Shown piece by piece: positions 45,130-58,905 of a DNA stretch of 64,000 nucleotides. The stretch is from assembly GCA_951406725.2 (NCBI GenBank), contig OX597843.1, positions 20,336,001 to 20,400,000 of the forward strand, in the 5' to 3' direction. The DNA comes from Octopus vulgaris. Lineage: Eukaryota. The position numbers and the translations under genes are program-made. The notes under the pieces are model-generated. The model had not been told where the DNA came from. It did no database searches and saw only the letters and a program-made list of their open reading frames with translations. Positions within the stretch are counted from its first letter, which is position 1, and the number at the start of each line of letters is the position of its first letter.

Positions 45130-47625
45130 GAGTGCTACTGGTAAATCTTCCTATAGATGATACACAAGATAGCAATCCCTCCACACTATCTATCAAAAAG
45201 CGCATTATCCACATATGGAATGAAAAACGTAAAGCCAGAAACTTTTCTTTCTGGAATACGATTAAAAACAACCACAAGGCAGAAATCTACGAACGCTGGC
45301 TAAACTCTACACCAATACTTTTGCCTCGTAAATTCCAAATTCAACGTATTCCAAAGAAGCCGACAACGGAAGTGCGGTAGTAGTGATGAATACAGAATAC
45401 TACAAATATTTAACACTTTCCATGTTGGAAAATAATATTTACTATGAGAAATTAATACATAACCACCCACAGAAAACACTGAAAAACTTGCCCTCCTTAC
45501 TCCAAATTCATAGAAAGGGTCGCACTAACCTTGAAATAGACTTTTTACCCAATTTTAAATACAGTCCTAGTCTATTCTACGGATTACCCAAAATACATAA
45601 AAATCCACAAATTTGTGAAGCCTGCAAAGTCACTACAAGCATTTGCATTAATGTCCCTCCCCCTACCGACCTCAAACTGAGACCTCTCATAGGTGGCCCT
45701 TCTTGTGAAACCCACCATTTGAGCAACTTCCTCGACATCTTACTCTAAACGTTTTATAAAAAATATGGGAAAAGCTTTATCAGGAATGACCTAGACATGC
45801 TGAACCACCTCCCGAATACAGTAAAGGAAGGAACGCTGCTGGTATCTTTCGATGTGGTGAATCTGTACACCAATATCCTACATGACTATGGTATAGAAGC
45901 AGTCACAGTCTGGTTAGAAAAATACCCAGAAGAGATCCCAGGATACATAAACCACAGATTGATAATCGAAGCACTCAAATTCGTCCTGCTGAAAAACTAT
46001 TTCATGTTCGATACAACTTACTATCGCAAAAAATGTGGAATTGCAATGGGAACCTGAGCTGCTCCAGTGATTGCAAACCTTGTAATGGGTTACCTAGAAC
46101 TGAAGTTATACCAATCATCACTAGAAAATTATGGCGCCTCTTTTAATTGCTATTTAAAGGAGAATTGGAAGAGGTATTCGGATGATTGCTTCATACTTTG
46201 GAAAGACAGCATGGACAAACTCCTTGATTTGAACGTAATGCTTAACAACATACATAGCAATATACAGTTCACTATGGAACACAACAGTAAACAACTCCCT
46301 TTTCTGGACATCTTAATTAAAATAGTTATCAACCACATAGAAACAGACATCTTTTGTAAACCCACAGATTCTAAACAATACCTATTATTTAACTATTGCT
46401 ACCCCAAACACATATAAATTAATATATCTTTTAATCTAGCGAAAAGAATTTGTACCATAGTTTCGGATACATATACTGGTGAACAAGACTCCTTGAACTT
46501 AGATCAACACTAACTAAAAGACATTACCCAATCTCATTAATAAATGATGACATTAAAAGTGCTAAGGAAATAGATATACAAATATTAAGGCAAGCCAGCC
46601 GAAATATAAAACCAGACTTAAAAATACTCCCGTACATTTCCACACATAATCCTAGAAACAACGAAGCCTTCAATATTATCAACCAAAATCTTCCTATCCT
46701 CACAAGAGACAAAACAACGAACGAAATTTTAAGCTCATACAAAATTGTAGAAAGCAAAATGCAACTGAAGTCACTATATCCACTAACAACAGAGCCAAAA
46801 GTGAAAAAATGTGGTCGTCTCAACTGTGGAACATGCCCCCACTTTTTGGATTGTTTAGAATTCCACTTCAAACAAGGTGAAATATTTAAGATCAAATCAA
46901 ATTTCCGCTGCGCCTCGGAAAATCTAATCTATGCAATGACATGCTTAGGATGTGGTATCCACTATATTGGGTAAACAGGAATATCACTCCGTCGAAGAAC
47001 CACCATCCACAAAGCACCAATGCGCCACCCACAATACAGACAGTTACAGCTTAGTGAACACATAGAATCTTAATCCTAATTTCTAAATCTTTCCCCTCTA
47101 TCAATGTTCACAGAACACCTCAATGCAACAAAAGCTGAATAAAGACGCAATTTTCATCAATAAATATCTTCCATAACTGAATATAAACACATAACTTAAT
47201 ATAGAACACTACTAACCCTTCAATTACCACCGCTAGCCACTATACATTCCTTACACCATTCACATTACAATTCTATATCTAACCTTACTGCACAAAATCC
47301 AGAACTACTTACCTCCCTTACAAATAATCTTTTTATTCAGGCACTATTAGACCTAACACCGTTCATTAGACGGCGCTCATTCAAAGCAATGAATGGCTTA
47401 TGACGAAAGCATGGTATGCTTTCTGACTCTTTAATCATCTCATAATAATGACTTTTATGACTCTTATTACTACTTCAGTCAATCTAAAGGTATATATCTG
47501 TCGTTACCTTTCATAAAAAGCTTTTTCTTGTTTTAGTTACAATGTGCATTTTCGTTGATTTTTCATATTTTCCCCTTACATTTCGACGTGTATTTTCTAT
47601 TTTCTTTTTGTAACATATTTCTAAT
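45130..47625 (+). mobile_element. Penelope-like element (upstream-ORF remnant + RT + GIY-YIG), decayed
   Basis: FYGLPKIHK, LRPLIGGP, SFDVVNLYTN, GIAMGT, WKRYSDDCF, LPFLDI, CGRLNCGTCP, NLIYAMTCLGC..YIG. Confidence 0.93.
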
Positions 47626-47626
47626 A

Positions 47627-47692
<66 letters not shown>

Positions 47693-47705
47693 AACATATT
47701 TCTAC

Positions 47706-47749
<44 letters not shown>

Positions 47750-48706
47750 CATACATGCATACATACATACATTTATACACACAGATATACACACATACAT
47801 ACATACATACATGCATACATACATATATACATATATAAATACATATATACATACATACATACATACATACGTACATACACACATACAGAAATGCATACGC
47901 TATATATACACTATAAAAATACGGGTGTATGTGGTTTTTTATGTCTTCAGATCTGCGAGCCTCTGAAACTTTGCGTCCTCGAGTAAAACGAATTTGCTTT
48001 CCGAAATCCGATTCCCAAGGTAAACATCGTCCATAAAATATAATAATCATAATCCTCCACGTGAAATAACCGAACTTTGAGATCTCAACCGCCCACTCTA
48101 TATCTTTCACTACCCATGTATATTATATTTGCCATACTATTTCATTCTCGCTCTCTCTCTCTCACTCTCTCTCTCACTCTCTCTCTGTCTCTCTGTCTCT
48201 CTGTCTCTCTCTCCCTCTCTCTCTCTCTATGTGAATTAAAAATCAATCATTGCTTTCATTTTGTTTAAAATCTCCTACTTCTACTTTAGGATACAAGTCT
48301 TCACACACAAACAGCTTAGCTTCCAAATCTTGTTTTCTGATTGGCTAAAAATGATAAAACTTCGAACCTTTGATGTGTTTTCTAAACATTTTCTCGAATA
48401 AATCAATAAATTTCAAAATTTCCACATACTTTTCAAATTTCAAATTCTGTGACAGAAAGCGAAAATTCGCTCTCTAATTGCTTATTTCTTTCCTTTTCTC
48501 ATAGTAAACCTTCTCACACTTTATGAAAGTATATCGCTCACACTAAGAGTGCCGTGTTCCCAATGTGTGGCGTGTTCCTAATACATATATATATAGGTGT
48601 GTCTGTGTGTGTGCCATTGTGTCTGCGTGTGTGGATATAACAATGAGTGCGTATTTTTGTGCGTTATTGTGTGTAAACGTATGTGCATAAGAATTATATT
48701 CATATA

Positions 48707-48797
<91 letters not shown>

Positions 48798-48800
<3 letters not shown>

Positions 48801-49465
48801 ACAATTGAGGGTAAAATTAATTAGTTATTAATCAATTTCACCAAGTAGTGTTCAGTATGTAAAAGGACCATTTAAGGCGAATTCAAAATATTATATTATA
48901 TAATTAGGGCTTAGTAAAATAAATTACTTTGCCACATACTGAACTTTCTAGAAATAGCAGCGAAAACGTTTTTTAGTCATTTCCACCACTTTAAGAAAAT
49001 TTCTCTCAGATAATGTTTACTTATAAATAACTCACGAAGGTATGGAGGTAAAAACAGAAAAATATCACAAGTACAAAGATTATTTGAGAACGTTAACGTT
49101 TCTAGATTAGCCAAATAAACTCAGCATTTCTTTCGTCAGCTCAACATTTCTTAATTTGGATTTGGAAGCACTAAAAGAAAGAACATACCCTTCGGCGACG
49201 TATCACCTCAGATGAACTCGCTCAGACTGCCAGTACTAACAAATGCAAAATGCGCAAGCGAAGATTCCTGCTCTCTCCCCTTCCACCCACGTGGGTTATA
49301 TAGTAAACATATATTTTAACGGTGAGAACCGAAGAAATAGAACAGAGAGAAATGAATTATAATATCAACAATTGAGTGTAAAATTAATTAGTTATTAATC
49401 AATTTCACCAAGTAGTGTTCAGTATGTGGCAAAGTAATTTATTTTACTAAGCCCTAATTATATAA
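48798..49465 (-). mobile_element. Non-coding PLE/retrozyme-like module with direct terminal repeats and a hammerhead
   Basis: tcaacaattgag.gtaaaattaattag...cagtatgt at 48798 and 49365; 49420-49465 is an inverted copy of ~48897-48943; TA tracts on both flanks. Confidence 0.75.
49084..49144 (-). ncRNA. Type I hammerhead ribozyme motif
   Basis: Minus strand: ttgag CTGACGA aaga...tcta GAAA cgttaacg TT ctcaa. 5-bp helix I; palindrome acgttaacgt; first helix II pair mismatched. Confidence 0.8.
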
Positions 49466-49512
49466 TATATATATATATATATAAATATATTAATATATTT
49501 ATATATATATAC

Positions 49513-49918
49513 CCCTTACTCCTTTACTTGTTTCAGTCATTTGACTGCGGCCATGCTGGAGCACCGCCTTTTAGTCGAGCAACTCGACCCCGGGACTTAT
49601 TCTTTTTGTAAGCCCAGTACTTATTCTATCGGTCTCTTTTTGCCGAACCGCTAAGTGACGGGGACGAAAACACACCGGCATTGGTTGTCAAGCAATGCTA
49701 GGGGAACAAACACAGACACACAAACACACACACATACATATATATACATATATACGACAGGCTTCTTTCAGTTTCCGTCTACCAAATCCACTCACAAGGC
49801 ATTGGTCGACCCCGGGCTATACAAGAAGACACTTTTCCAAGAAGCCACGAAGTGGGACTGAACCCAGAACCATGTGGTCGGTTTGCAAGCTACTTACCAC
49901 ACAGCCACTCCAGCGCCT
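49513..49918 (-). mobile_element. tRNA-derived SINE with a CR1-like 3' tail
   Basis: Head ggcgctggagtggctgtgtggtaag...ggttcagtccc; tail ggcggtgctccagcatggccgcagtcaaatgactgaaacaagtaaaag. Confidence 0.88.
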
Positions 49919-50222
49919 ATATATGGAATTAAGGGGTTAATTATGATGTCTTCACTTATGTTGTAAATTTATTTTGTGCTATTTAGACCTGGAGAGAAGC
50001 TACGTATCATTGGATCGAAGAAATATTAATTTTTCAGATTATTGATTTTGATAAAGTCGATTTAAATATATAGTCCCGAAACGCGCCTCGTCGATTTAAT
50101 GTGCATAATTTAGTATAGTATGTTTTAGTATATTATTAATAATATATTTATATTTATATTTTATTATAGATAATATCATTCATTATTAATTTGATTACTT
50201 TATGGAGGCTCTGTCTCTTGAT

Positions 50223-50271
<49 letters not shown>

Positions 50272-50838
50272 ATGTAAACACACCTATATATATAAATATA
50301 TATACATGCATACGTATACCCATGCATACCAATATATATCATATATACACACTCACACATACATATATATAGAGAGAATATTATCTTCCAATTGTTCAAA
50401 TCATTAATCAGTTACTATCCTGGCAACCCTCCTAGAAGCTATTTTATTCGAATATATTCTCCACTGTATTTAAATTTTGAAAGTCTGTTACTTATTATAT
50501 CGGTTTCTTTTGAGGAACTGTTAAGTTAAGGGGACGGAATATCTCCAGAGACTAATAGAACCACAATAATTAAAGCTCACACACACACATACACCCATGT
50601 ATATATGTATATACATAAGACAGGCCTCTTTCAGTTTCTGACAACAAAATCGACTCGCGACACGAGTATATAGAATTGGATCACTTGGTGAAGGCAGCAT
50701 GAATTAACACTGACCCCTACTCCACGTGGTTTGAAATCAAGCTTCTTATTACGCAGACACGACTTTGACTTTATACATACATACACCTATATAGATATAC
50801 ATATATATATTTATATATGTATATATATATATATATAT

Positions 50839-50888
<50 letters not shown>

Positions 50889-50890
<2 letters not shown>

Positions 50891-51021
50891 TATATAGAAG
50901 GAGCTTCTACAGGACTAGAACTGTTTCATTCAAGAGAAACCTTCAGGAAGCATGAAGAGCTTCCTGAAGATCTCTCTTGAATGAAACAGTTCTAGTCCTG
51001 TAGAAGCTCCTTCTATATAAT
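50889..51021. repeat. ~130-bp near-perfect palindrome built from a hammerhead motif
   Basis: ttatatagaaggagcttctacaggactagaactgtttcattcaagaga...tctcttgaatgaaacagttctagtcctgtagaagctccttctatataa. Confidence 0.92.
50957..51009 (+). ncRNA. Hammerhead ribozyme motif (weak helix II)
   Basis: gagcttc CTGAAGA tctctcttgaat GAAA cag ttctagtc ctg TA gaagctc. 7-bp helix I; 4-bp helix III. Confidence 0.68.
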
Positions 51022-51091
51022 AAATTAATTTTACTCTGCTATGTATTGAGTACCTTATTTACTGTGGTTAACCCCGAATCAACCCGGGACC

Positions 51092-51146
<55 letters not shown>

Positions 51147-51522
51147 ATATGTATGTATTGTACGCTCAAGTGGTCACACCTGTTTTATCCTGTTTTAAAC
51201 ACCTTCATATTGGACTTACTACTGCCTGAACTTTCTGCACCTCTCCGATTCTAAATATCTGCACTCTACTCGATTGCCACTGGATATAATTATGGATTTC
51301 ACGGGACTCATCTGTTAATGAAAAATCCCTCCAATACACTACAACTTTTAATCCTTTTTCAACTTCTGTGATTTCCTTATTTTCTTTACTTTTGAAGATC
51401 GTAGGGCCGAAACATAAAGCCCTTTCTCACTTTTCGGAGTGTCAAACTAATACACACCTTGTTCATATATCTGTGTTCGTCTTTTGTTTTTCTGTAAATT
51501 TCAACTATGTATATACATGTAT

Positions 51523-51588
<66 letters not shown>

Positions 51589-52061
51589 CGATAGATAAAT
51601 AGATAGATAGATAGATATAAATACAGTGTACACTTAAACACATAAGATGTATCCGTCATAGGATTCCCTGCATGCTAGAAGGAACAGCTAAATCCAAACC
51701 GCTATTAGGGATAATCATCGAAGGGTATGAAAATTATATAACATTTACCTCTATCTTCTAGATAACGGATTCAGATATTATTTAGCAAATAAAATTACTT
51801 GCTAGGCGAAGTCTTCATCAGCAGGTACGCCTATATTAAAACATATAAGCATGAGGCAATCCAACATTGCCTCTTATGTGATACCTCTTATGTGTTTAAT
51901 TATGTATAAATGTGCTTAAACACATATGACGAATACCTCTTATGCGTTTTAATGTACACTGCATTTATATGATTAATATATAGTCTATTGACAATTGTTT
52001 TACACGTTAGGCCACTGTTAGTAAAAATTCTAAGTTTTTTATTACCCTGTTATTGTTAATT

Positions 52062-52111
<50 letters not shown>

Positions 52112-52116
52112 GGATA

Positions 52117-54653
52117 GACATGTTTCTTTATTAGCCACATAGAGCTGCACACAGACGGGAAAGATTACAATGAAGAGCTTTTCTTTTTTAGGAAATAAAA
52201 GTTGGGATAGGTTTTCGATCAAAAGGGGTCGTAAATGGGAAAGAAGAAGAAGAAATAAGGAAAAGAAACAAAAGAAAAAACGATCAATAGGGATCGTGTA
52301 TCATAGTGTCATGATGTAAGGTGTAAAGGGGGAAGCAGATAAGGTTTATCCTTAGGAAGAAAAGCCTAAGGAAAAGACCACGGTAACCGCGGTCAATATT
52401 GTTACATGTTACCACATTTGTTTGCAAGTGGGTAACCCTCTGTTTTCAATTTCTGGGTTCATAGGATTATGCTCAATGTGGCTTCGTCATTCATACGTGC
52501 CATCCTTGCTACATTCACCCATCTTTCTTATAACATTCGCTAGACAAAAATTGCCTCTCTACTCTCACTTTCCTTTTCAAGTGATACTTGAAGAAGTTGA
52601 TGAGAGATTGACCAGAGAGGAAAGTGTTTGTCTCCAATCCTTTCAGACGCGTCCACAAGATACATTCTTTCGCCATATGATGAAAATAGCTCTTCCTGTT
52701 TGAAGGAAGGAGGCGTGACAATATTGACGATAGACACAGCTGAGAAACCGACTCGTCCCACACGTGACAGCAGTCGTCCGACATAAGCCCACAGGTTGGA
52801 AATGGTTGGACACTGCACGATTGCGTGCTGAACGTTTTCCTTGCTCTGAACGCATCTCGGGCAGGTCGGCCTCGTGTTCCTCGAGCCGTGTCTGTAGAGC
52901 TTATCCCGAAGGAGTAGCGCTTCTCGGTAGCACTGCCAGGCCAGGGATCTCTGGATGTTGTCAATGGGCTCTGGCCCGAAAGTCGTCCTGAACAGGTGGG
53001 TCAGGCATTCCTCGTCGACGTCCACGTTCGCCCAGAGCCCGTCGTCGTATCTCCCCTCCACTAATCCCCTATAGAGTGCTTGGGTTGTGTAGAAGTCACT
53101 CACGGTCGACCCGGGACGGCATAGTTGCTTGACAGCAACGCGACACTCGCGGTGCCATTCGCCCTTTCTCGGCCTCTTTTTGATCAACGACTGCAGTTCG
53201 GTCATGGAGATGAGTTGCGGGAAAGCGTGCCTCACAAAAGGCGACCTCACCTGTTCACCGTCGTCTACGAAGAGCCTGAGATGTCGCAGTCTCTGCGCGT
53301 GTCTGCGCTTCATCAACCACGACATGCCCAGTCCTCATTTTAACAGGTGTCGACAGCAAATGGATCGCCCGACCATCGGGACGCATCCTTTCCACAAGAA
53401 GCGAAAGAGAATGCGTTCTAGTTTGGTGAAGGTAGGATCGGGACAAGGCACGGCAATCAGACGGTAGTAGATGACGGACGCAATGTACGAGTTCGCCACC
53501 TCCGCCCGACATTTTAAGGACAGTTTCCTCTCGGCCCATTGCCGGGCGAAAGTGACCACCCTACTCATTATCTCGTTCCAGTTCTTCTCCATTTGGAGGT
53601 CCGGACCAAACCAGACCCCGAGAAACTCGACCGGACCGTCGTTCCAGCGTCCCACGACGGAGGCGCTGGGGGACTGTATGGGCTTGCTTCTCCAGGTGCC
53701 GAGTCGCAAGCCCACTGATTTTTCCGGGTTGATTTTCGCTCCTGTCACCGCTTCGTTGTCTTTCAGTGTCTCGCCGACCTGTTCGATGTGCTCGTGGCTA
53801 GACACTATGACGGTGTCGTCGTCTGCGTTTGCAGACACGCTCGTCACGCATCCCAATTCTTGTGGGATGACCCTAAATGTTGCCAGCTTCCGTAATATTG
53901 GCTCCAGAGTCAATGCGTACAGAAGCTGACGGACATAACGTGCAATGCCGAAAGGTCTCGATAGATGTCCATTTACGCGAATTACCGTACGGATGCCTGT
54001 GTACAAAGCGACTATCCAGCCGCAGAAGACGTGACCGAAGCCAGCCGCTCTGAGGACAGCCTCCAAGTATCGATGGTCTACCCTATCGAAAGCTTTCGAT
54101 TGATCCAAATTGATCAGCGCCCCACTCATGGGCCTAAAGCTATCTATTACATTCCCCTTGTTTAGATCTTCCTTCAGCAGTGTTACGGCTCCTCGGATCA
54201 CAAAACCCGTTTTTCTGCCAGTTGCAGTACGCCGCTGCCAAGTCTGGCATACAACTGTAAAGTTCGTAGGGTAGACCAACGAAACCCGGTGATTTGTCCC
54301 TCGAGCATTCTGCCATCGCGTTCTGCACTTCCGCCGCCGTGATGGCACCTTCGCAGCGCCCTGCCTCTCTTGTCGAGAGTCGTGGTAGACTGTGTAGGTA
54401 GGCACTGAAGTCCACCCTACGTTCTTGCCCGCCACTCGTCCCGTTGGAAGGCGTCACACGTTTTACTTGGCTCGAGCAATTCGCGCCCCTGTTCATCTAC
54501 CAGAGAATGAATTGTGGCTTTGTTGCCCTGCCACCCGGACATCTCTCGCGGCTCTAACACCTTCGTTTCTTAGAGCACGTATCCTAGCTCTGACAGCACA
54601 CCTTTTGTGTTTGGCGGTGAAGGTTGAGGGCCAACCTCGCCGCTAAAACGCCG
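52117..54653 (-). mobile_element. Tx1-clade (L1-group) LINE, 5'-truncated ORF2, within (GATA)n
   Basis: KSPGFVGLPYELY, LINLDQSKAFDRVDH, ANADDD, INPEKS, FLGVWFG, W..RKLSLKCR; C-terminal finger CPRC..ENVQHAIVQC; aataaag end; GATA repeats at 52062-52116 and 54654-54673. Confidence 0.92.
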
Positions 54654-55139
54654 GATAGATAGATAAATAGATAGAGCGAGAGAGACAGAGAGAGACATAC
54701 ATACATACATACTTATATATACATACAAACCTAGATAAAAAGAATAATCTTAAAAATCGGTATGCCGATCACGTAGCCTCCTTCCGACATAAGGACACAA
54801 GCAAAGCTACTAAGTTCGCTACATATTCTTTATTAACATTTTGCAAACTTTCCAGTCCTTTAATTTAAGAGCTAAGAAGGATTACATTTTCACCTTTTCA
54901 ACTTTTATATTTTTAGATTTTTTGTGTTTTCATTTTCTTTTGTTTTAACATTCTACATTTTCTATATGCTGTCTTCCCAGTTTTCTCACGTTTCTTCTCT
55001 TATTCATTTTTCTTTAGTTCGTAATGATATGTTGTTGTTGCCTGGTGTATATGTTTGAGATTTCCCTCAACATATGAAACTGAACTTAAAGTCATATACT
55101 GTGTCCATTAAATTAATAAATAGTATATATATTGTTGTT

Positions 55140-55395
55140 TGTTCATTCTCGAGCCATGCCTGGCTCATAAGGGACGGAACGCCGGACCTTTGCCGGTGAG
55201 CGGCTAGAAGCAGAAGGAAAGAGTGAGAGAATGTGGTGGAAAAAGAGTGAGCAGAGGATCTCCATTACCTTAGCCTGGAGCCGCGTGGAGCTGAGGAGTT
55301 CCGCTCATAAACAAACATCGCATAATCTGAGATTCGAAACCGCGATCCCTCGAGCGCGAGTCTGCTGCTCTAACCACTAGAACTTCTGCCTCCAT
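55140..55395 (-). mobile_element. tRNA-derived SINE (related to 30358-30748)
   Basis: Reverse complement tggaggcagaagttctagtggttagagcagcagactcgcg...ggtttcgaatctcag. Confidence 0.78.
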
Positions 55396-55434
55396 ATATA
55401 TGCTCATGTGCCTCCATATATATATACATATATA

Positions 55435-56820
55435 CACGATGTTGGACCCGGCTTTACTCGTGTTTTCCGTGTAGAAGTTAAGCCCACCTCTGACCTTGTA
55501 TTGAAATCTTCTACATTCCCTCTACCAACTGTTACCAATTAAGATGTTATATCTGATTCGGCAGGGATTTTACCCGCTTAACGCTTTGACATACTCCTCC
55601 ATACTGGACCGTCTGAAATCGCATTGAAACGTTTGGGTGTACTTCGACACATTGAGAGTGATGTCTGTTTATTTCTTTCCCCTGAATGTTACTCTCGGTA
55701 CAAAATTGATCAGTGTGTCCAATCTCAGCAAAATATAAAAAAAGTTGTAAGGTTATGTCATAAAATAGAATCCATGTGACCATTTACATGAAAATATTCC
55801 ATTGATATTTAAATATCAATACATTATATAAATAACCGACGTTTTATATGTCGAATTGCTTAATTTTACTCAATTAACAATTTTCTTCAAAATCAGTCCA
55901 TTACATTTTTGTGAATGATTCTGACGATTTCTGCCTTCATCAGTTTTAATTTTAATGCTACTACATGACTCCGGCCATAAACTTTACCTAAAATCAAAGT
56001 TCATAAAAATCGGATGAATTATGTAAAAGTTACTGCATAAAATACTAATCCTATGGGTGATTGCATACAAAAAGCCTATTGATTTTTTAAAAATCTCCCT
56101 CTCACACGCAGTTATCGATTTTTGTCAACTCTTCATGTTGGACATGAACTGTAATCACATGTAAAATTTCTACAAAATCGTTAAGAATGTCTGTAAGGAA
56201 ATGCTTATGTACATTTATGCCCTTTTCAAGCTCTTTTGAATTAAATAAATACCTATTACCGTATCCCCCACCAAACATTTATCTACGCTTCATATTTCAT
56301 TAAAATCGGATGAAAAATATGAAATTTACGGCCAAAAATATAACCCTTATGGGCATTTGCACGCAAAACGTCTATTGATTCTATAAAACCACTGCTCCGG
56401 CGCAATTACCATTTTTTTTCTCAACGTCATATACTGAAATCATCTCACTGCCATGAGCCTTGCTCACTCATCGATTTTCATTAAAATTGGATAAAAAAAG
56501 CAAAAGCTGCTGGGAAAATAACATCGTTATGGGAATATGCGAGGTTAATGAACAAAATTTTAAAATGTCGCCATTGTTTTCAAATTACGTTTCACATTTT
56601 GTTTGAAAAAATGTGTGGATCACAATGGTGATCACCGATTTCCAAAATTTTTCATTTAAAACTTTTGTTAATGCGTCGTTCAAAAGCATTGGCCAAAATC
56701 GGTACCGACTGGGATTGGGGATTTGAAAAAAATCAAAATACATTCAAACAATTTTTAAAGAGCTACCTGCCATCATTTCAAACGTTGAGGTGAAAAAAAA
56801 ATTTGAAATCATCACCAGAA
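55435..56820. mobile_element. Non-coding repeat element with internal imperfect repeats (possibly a non-autonomous Helitron)
   Basis: Internal unit tcat.aaaatcggat.aa...tatggg at ~56001, ~56298 and ~56478; GC-rich terminal stretch gacccggctttactcg. Confidence 0.4.
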
Positions 56821-56860
56821 CGAGTGCAGGAGTGGCTGTGTGGTAAGTAGCGTGCTTACC

Positions 56861-58905
56861 TCATTGAGCATGTGCGAATCAGAGTTGTGTTTGATACTGA
56901 AGCTGTAAAGACGTGTGTTTGAAGCCGTCTTAAATTGAAGATTTTTGAAACTCAGCTGTAACGTAAGACTTTTTGGGGGTCTAGTAGGGGCCTGTTGTCT
57001 GCCGCAATTATTTACAAACAAGAAGTCCTCATTGGATACTAGTCTACATGTAGCTGAGTGAATATTTTTTCACTCAACTGTGAAAATTATTGTTTTGGTG
57101 GGCGTATCCTGCCGCAAAATTTTGTTTGAGAATCGTGTTTGTCCAGGAATAACTCTGCGAATTTTTAGAAAAGATTTCAACAATATTGTTCCTGTTAAGG
57201 ATTACCTATGAGAAGAAAATTGGAATGATTTGCGTTAAAATTTTGGCCTGGAGTACCGAGTGGCCTTTGCTGTGTTTTGAACTGTTGCTCTCTCTTCACC
57301 CCTCTTTTATTTAAAAAAAGACTCTTTATTGAACTGTTAATTTTTTCTCCTTCCTTTTTGTTTAGACTTTTTTCTCTTCCTTCATTTTCCTTAATTATTT
57401 TGTATTTTATGAGGTATTTTTTGGACTTTTTTTAAAAGAAACATGGCAAAGAACAATGGAAATTTGGTGGAGTGGGAATGTATACCAACCAAAAGATGAT
57501 TAAAAGAACTTGAAAGTAAGGCGGTGGGTTTGAGGACCTACTCTAAGATCCTCGATGCCATTGCCGTTTTCAAAAAATAGAATCCAAAGAGTGATGGCAG
57601 AATTTCAGCCAGCTATTTAGTTTATCACTCGGAGGGTCAAATATGCAAACGTGTGGTACTATTTTACTTCCCAGAAGTGGATTGTGAATTTGCGTGCCAG
57701 CTCCTAGAAGGCAATGAAATTTTGTTTCTTCCCACATATTGTGGGATGAAGTTGACGAGGGCTTGGGTTTGTGGCTTGCCACCCGGTGCTGAGCCCGAGT
57801 GGATAGGAGATACTATCCGCCGGTGTCTGGGTGGCAGTAGCACCAAGCTCTTCATTGTAAATATTCTGCCTGCGGCTGACTGGGAGGGGTCAAAATCTGT
57901 TTTGACCCTCTGAACCCAGTCAGCCGAAAGACTGGTATTTCCAGACTTTTCAAGAATGTGCGGGTCGAAGTATCCGGTGAAGCTGGAGGGAGCTCCCCCG
58001 CACAAGTGTCATCGGTGCCTGGAGCCTCGCCATATAAAAAAGAATTGTCCTCATCGGCAAAGCAAGGTCCTGGAGCGGTTGATGGAGACCTCTGTAGAAG
58101 AAAGAATGAAGGCGGCCGAGGACACAGAGGATGCCTCAAAGAAGAGCCGCAAAAGGAAGATGATGAGTAATAATGGGTGCTCGCCGAAGGATTCTGGGAA
58201 TGAGGGAGGGGAGGCACAAGTCCCGGTCACGGAGGGGACGCACCCTCCTCGAGTCATGAACAAGAAAGAGGAAGAGGAGAAACGGGATATAGCCGGCAGT
58301 CGGAGACATGGAGCCTCATCGGTGGGTGGGGTGGGGGGTCGTGCCACTGGTGGGGTTGGGTTAGACACAATTGGTAAGAATTGTGCCGCCAACGGTAGAA
58401 TTTACTATCTCGGACCCGGATGAGGAAGAACTGCTGGCCTTCTGTTATAGAGGGGGAGTGGTGGAATAGGTGGTGGAAGAACACTACAATGGTGTACCTT
58501 TGGCCTTCGCACGGTAACCCGAATGGCCTCCGCAGATAGCTGTAGAGTTCATAACGTTGCGCATGTTACATATGATGGTGGGGGGACTAAAGGAGGAGTA
58601 TCTCTCGTGGCCGGGTGACGCCAACTCGGAGCATACCTTGATTTTAAAGCAAGCAGGGGATATGGAGGAGTACACGTACACAAGCGATGATGAGGATTGA
58701 CAAGAGGTTGAAAAGCCCCAGTGTTATAATGTGTAAGACGTTCAGTGCCTCATTTGTAAATGGACTAGTGTTGATTGTATATTGAATATTTTATTGTATA
58801 TTATTGTATGTTATTATTTGTTATGGACTATTAAGTCCAAGAATTGTAAAAATTATAGTGAGGGGTTCAATACCTCGTTTTTTTTTCTGTTGGGGAAAAA
58901 AAGAA
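56861..58905 (+). mobile_element. ORF1-only Tx1/L1-like element 1 (decayed)
   Basis: Long 5' region; ORF1 pieces from ATG 57443 to ~58700: ILFLPTYCGMKLTRAWVCGLPP and zinc knuckle YPVKLEG..CHRCLEPRHIKKNCP; T-rich 3' UTR ending ggggaaaaaaagaa; no APE/RT seen. Confidence 0.65.

Noticed and set aside
51385-51425. ttgaagatcgtagggccgaaacataa hammerhead-like relic
   Set aside because: Helices II and III do not pair convincingly.
54745-54830. Short KNRYADHVASFRHKD segment, as a possible host exon
   Set aside because: More like a PLE GIY-YIG scrap; too short to call and no splice context established.
55015-55100. taatga tatgttg...caacata tgaaact...aagtc hammerhead-like relic
   Set aside because: Core 5' strand is degenerate and helix I is absent; similar weak relics near 11535, 47400 and 50050 were also not called.
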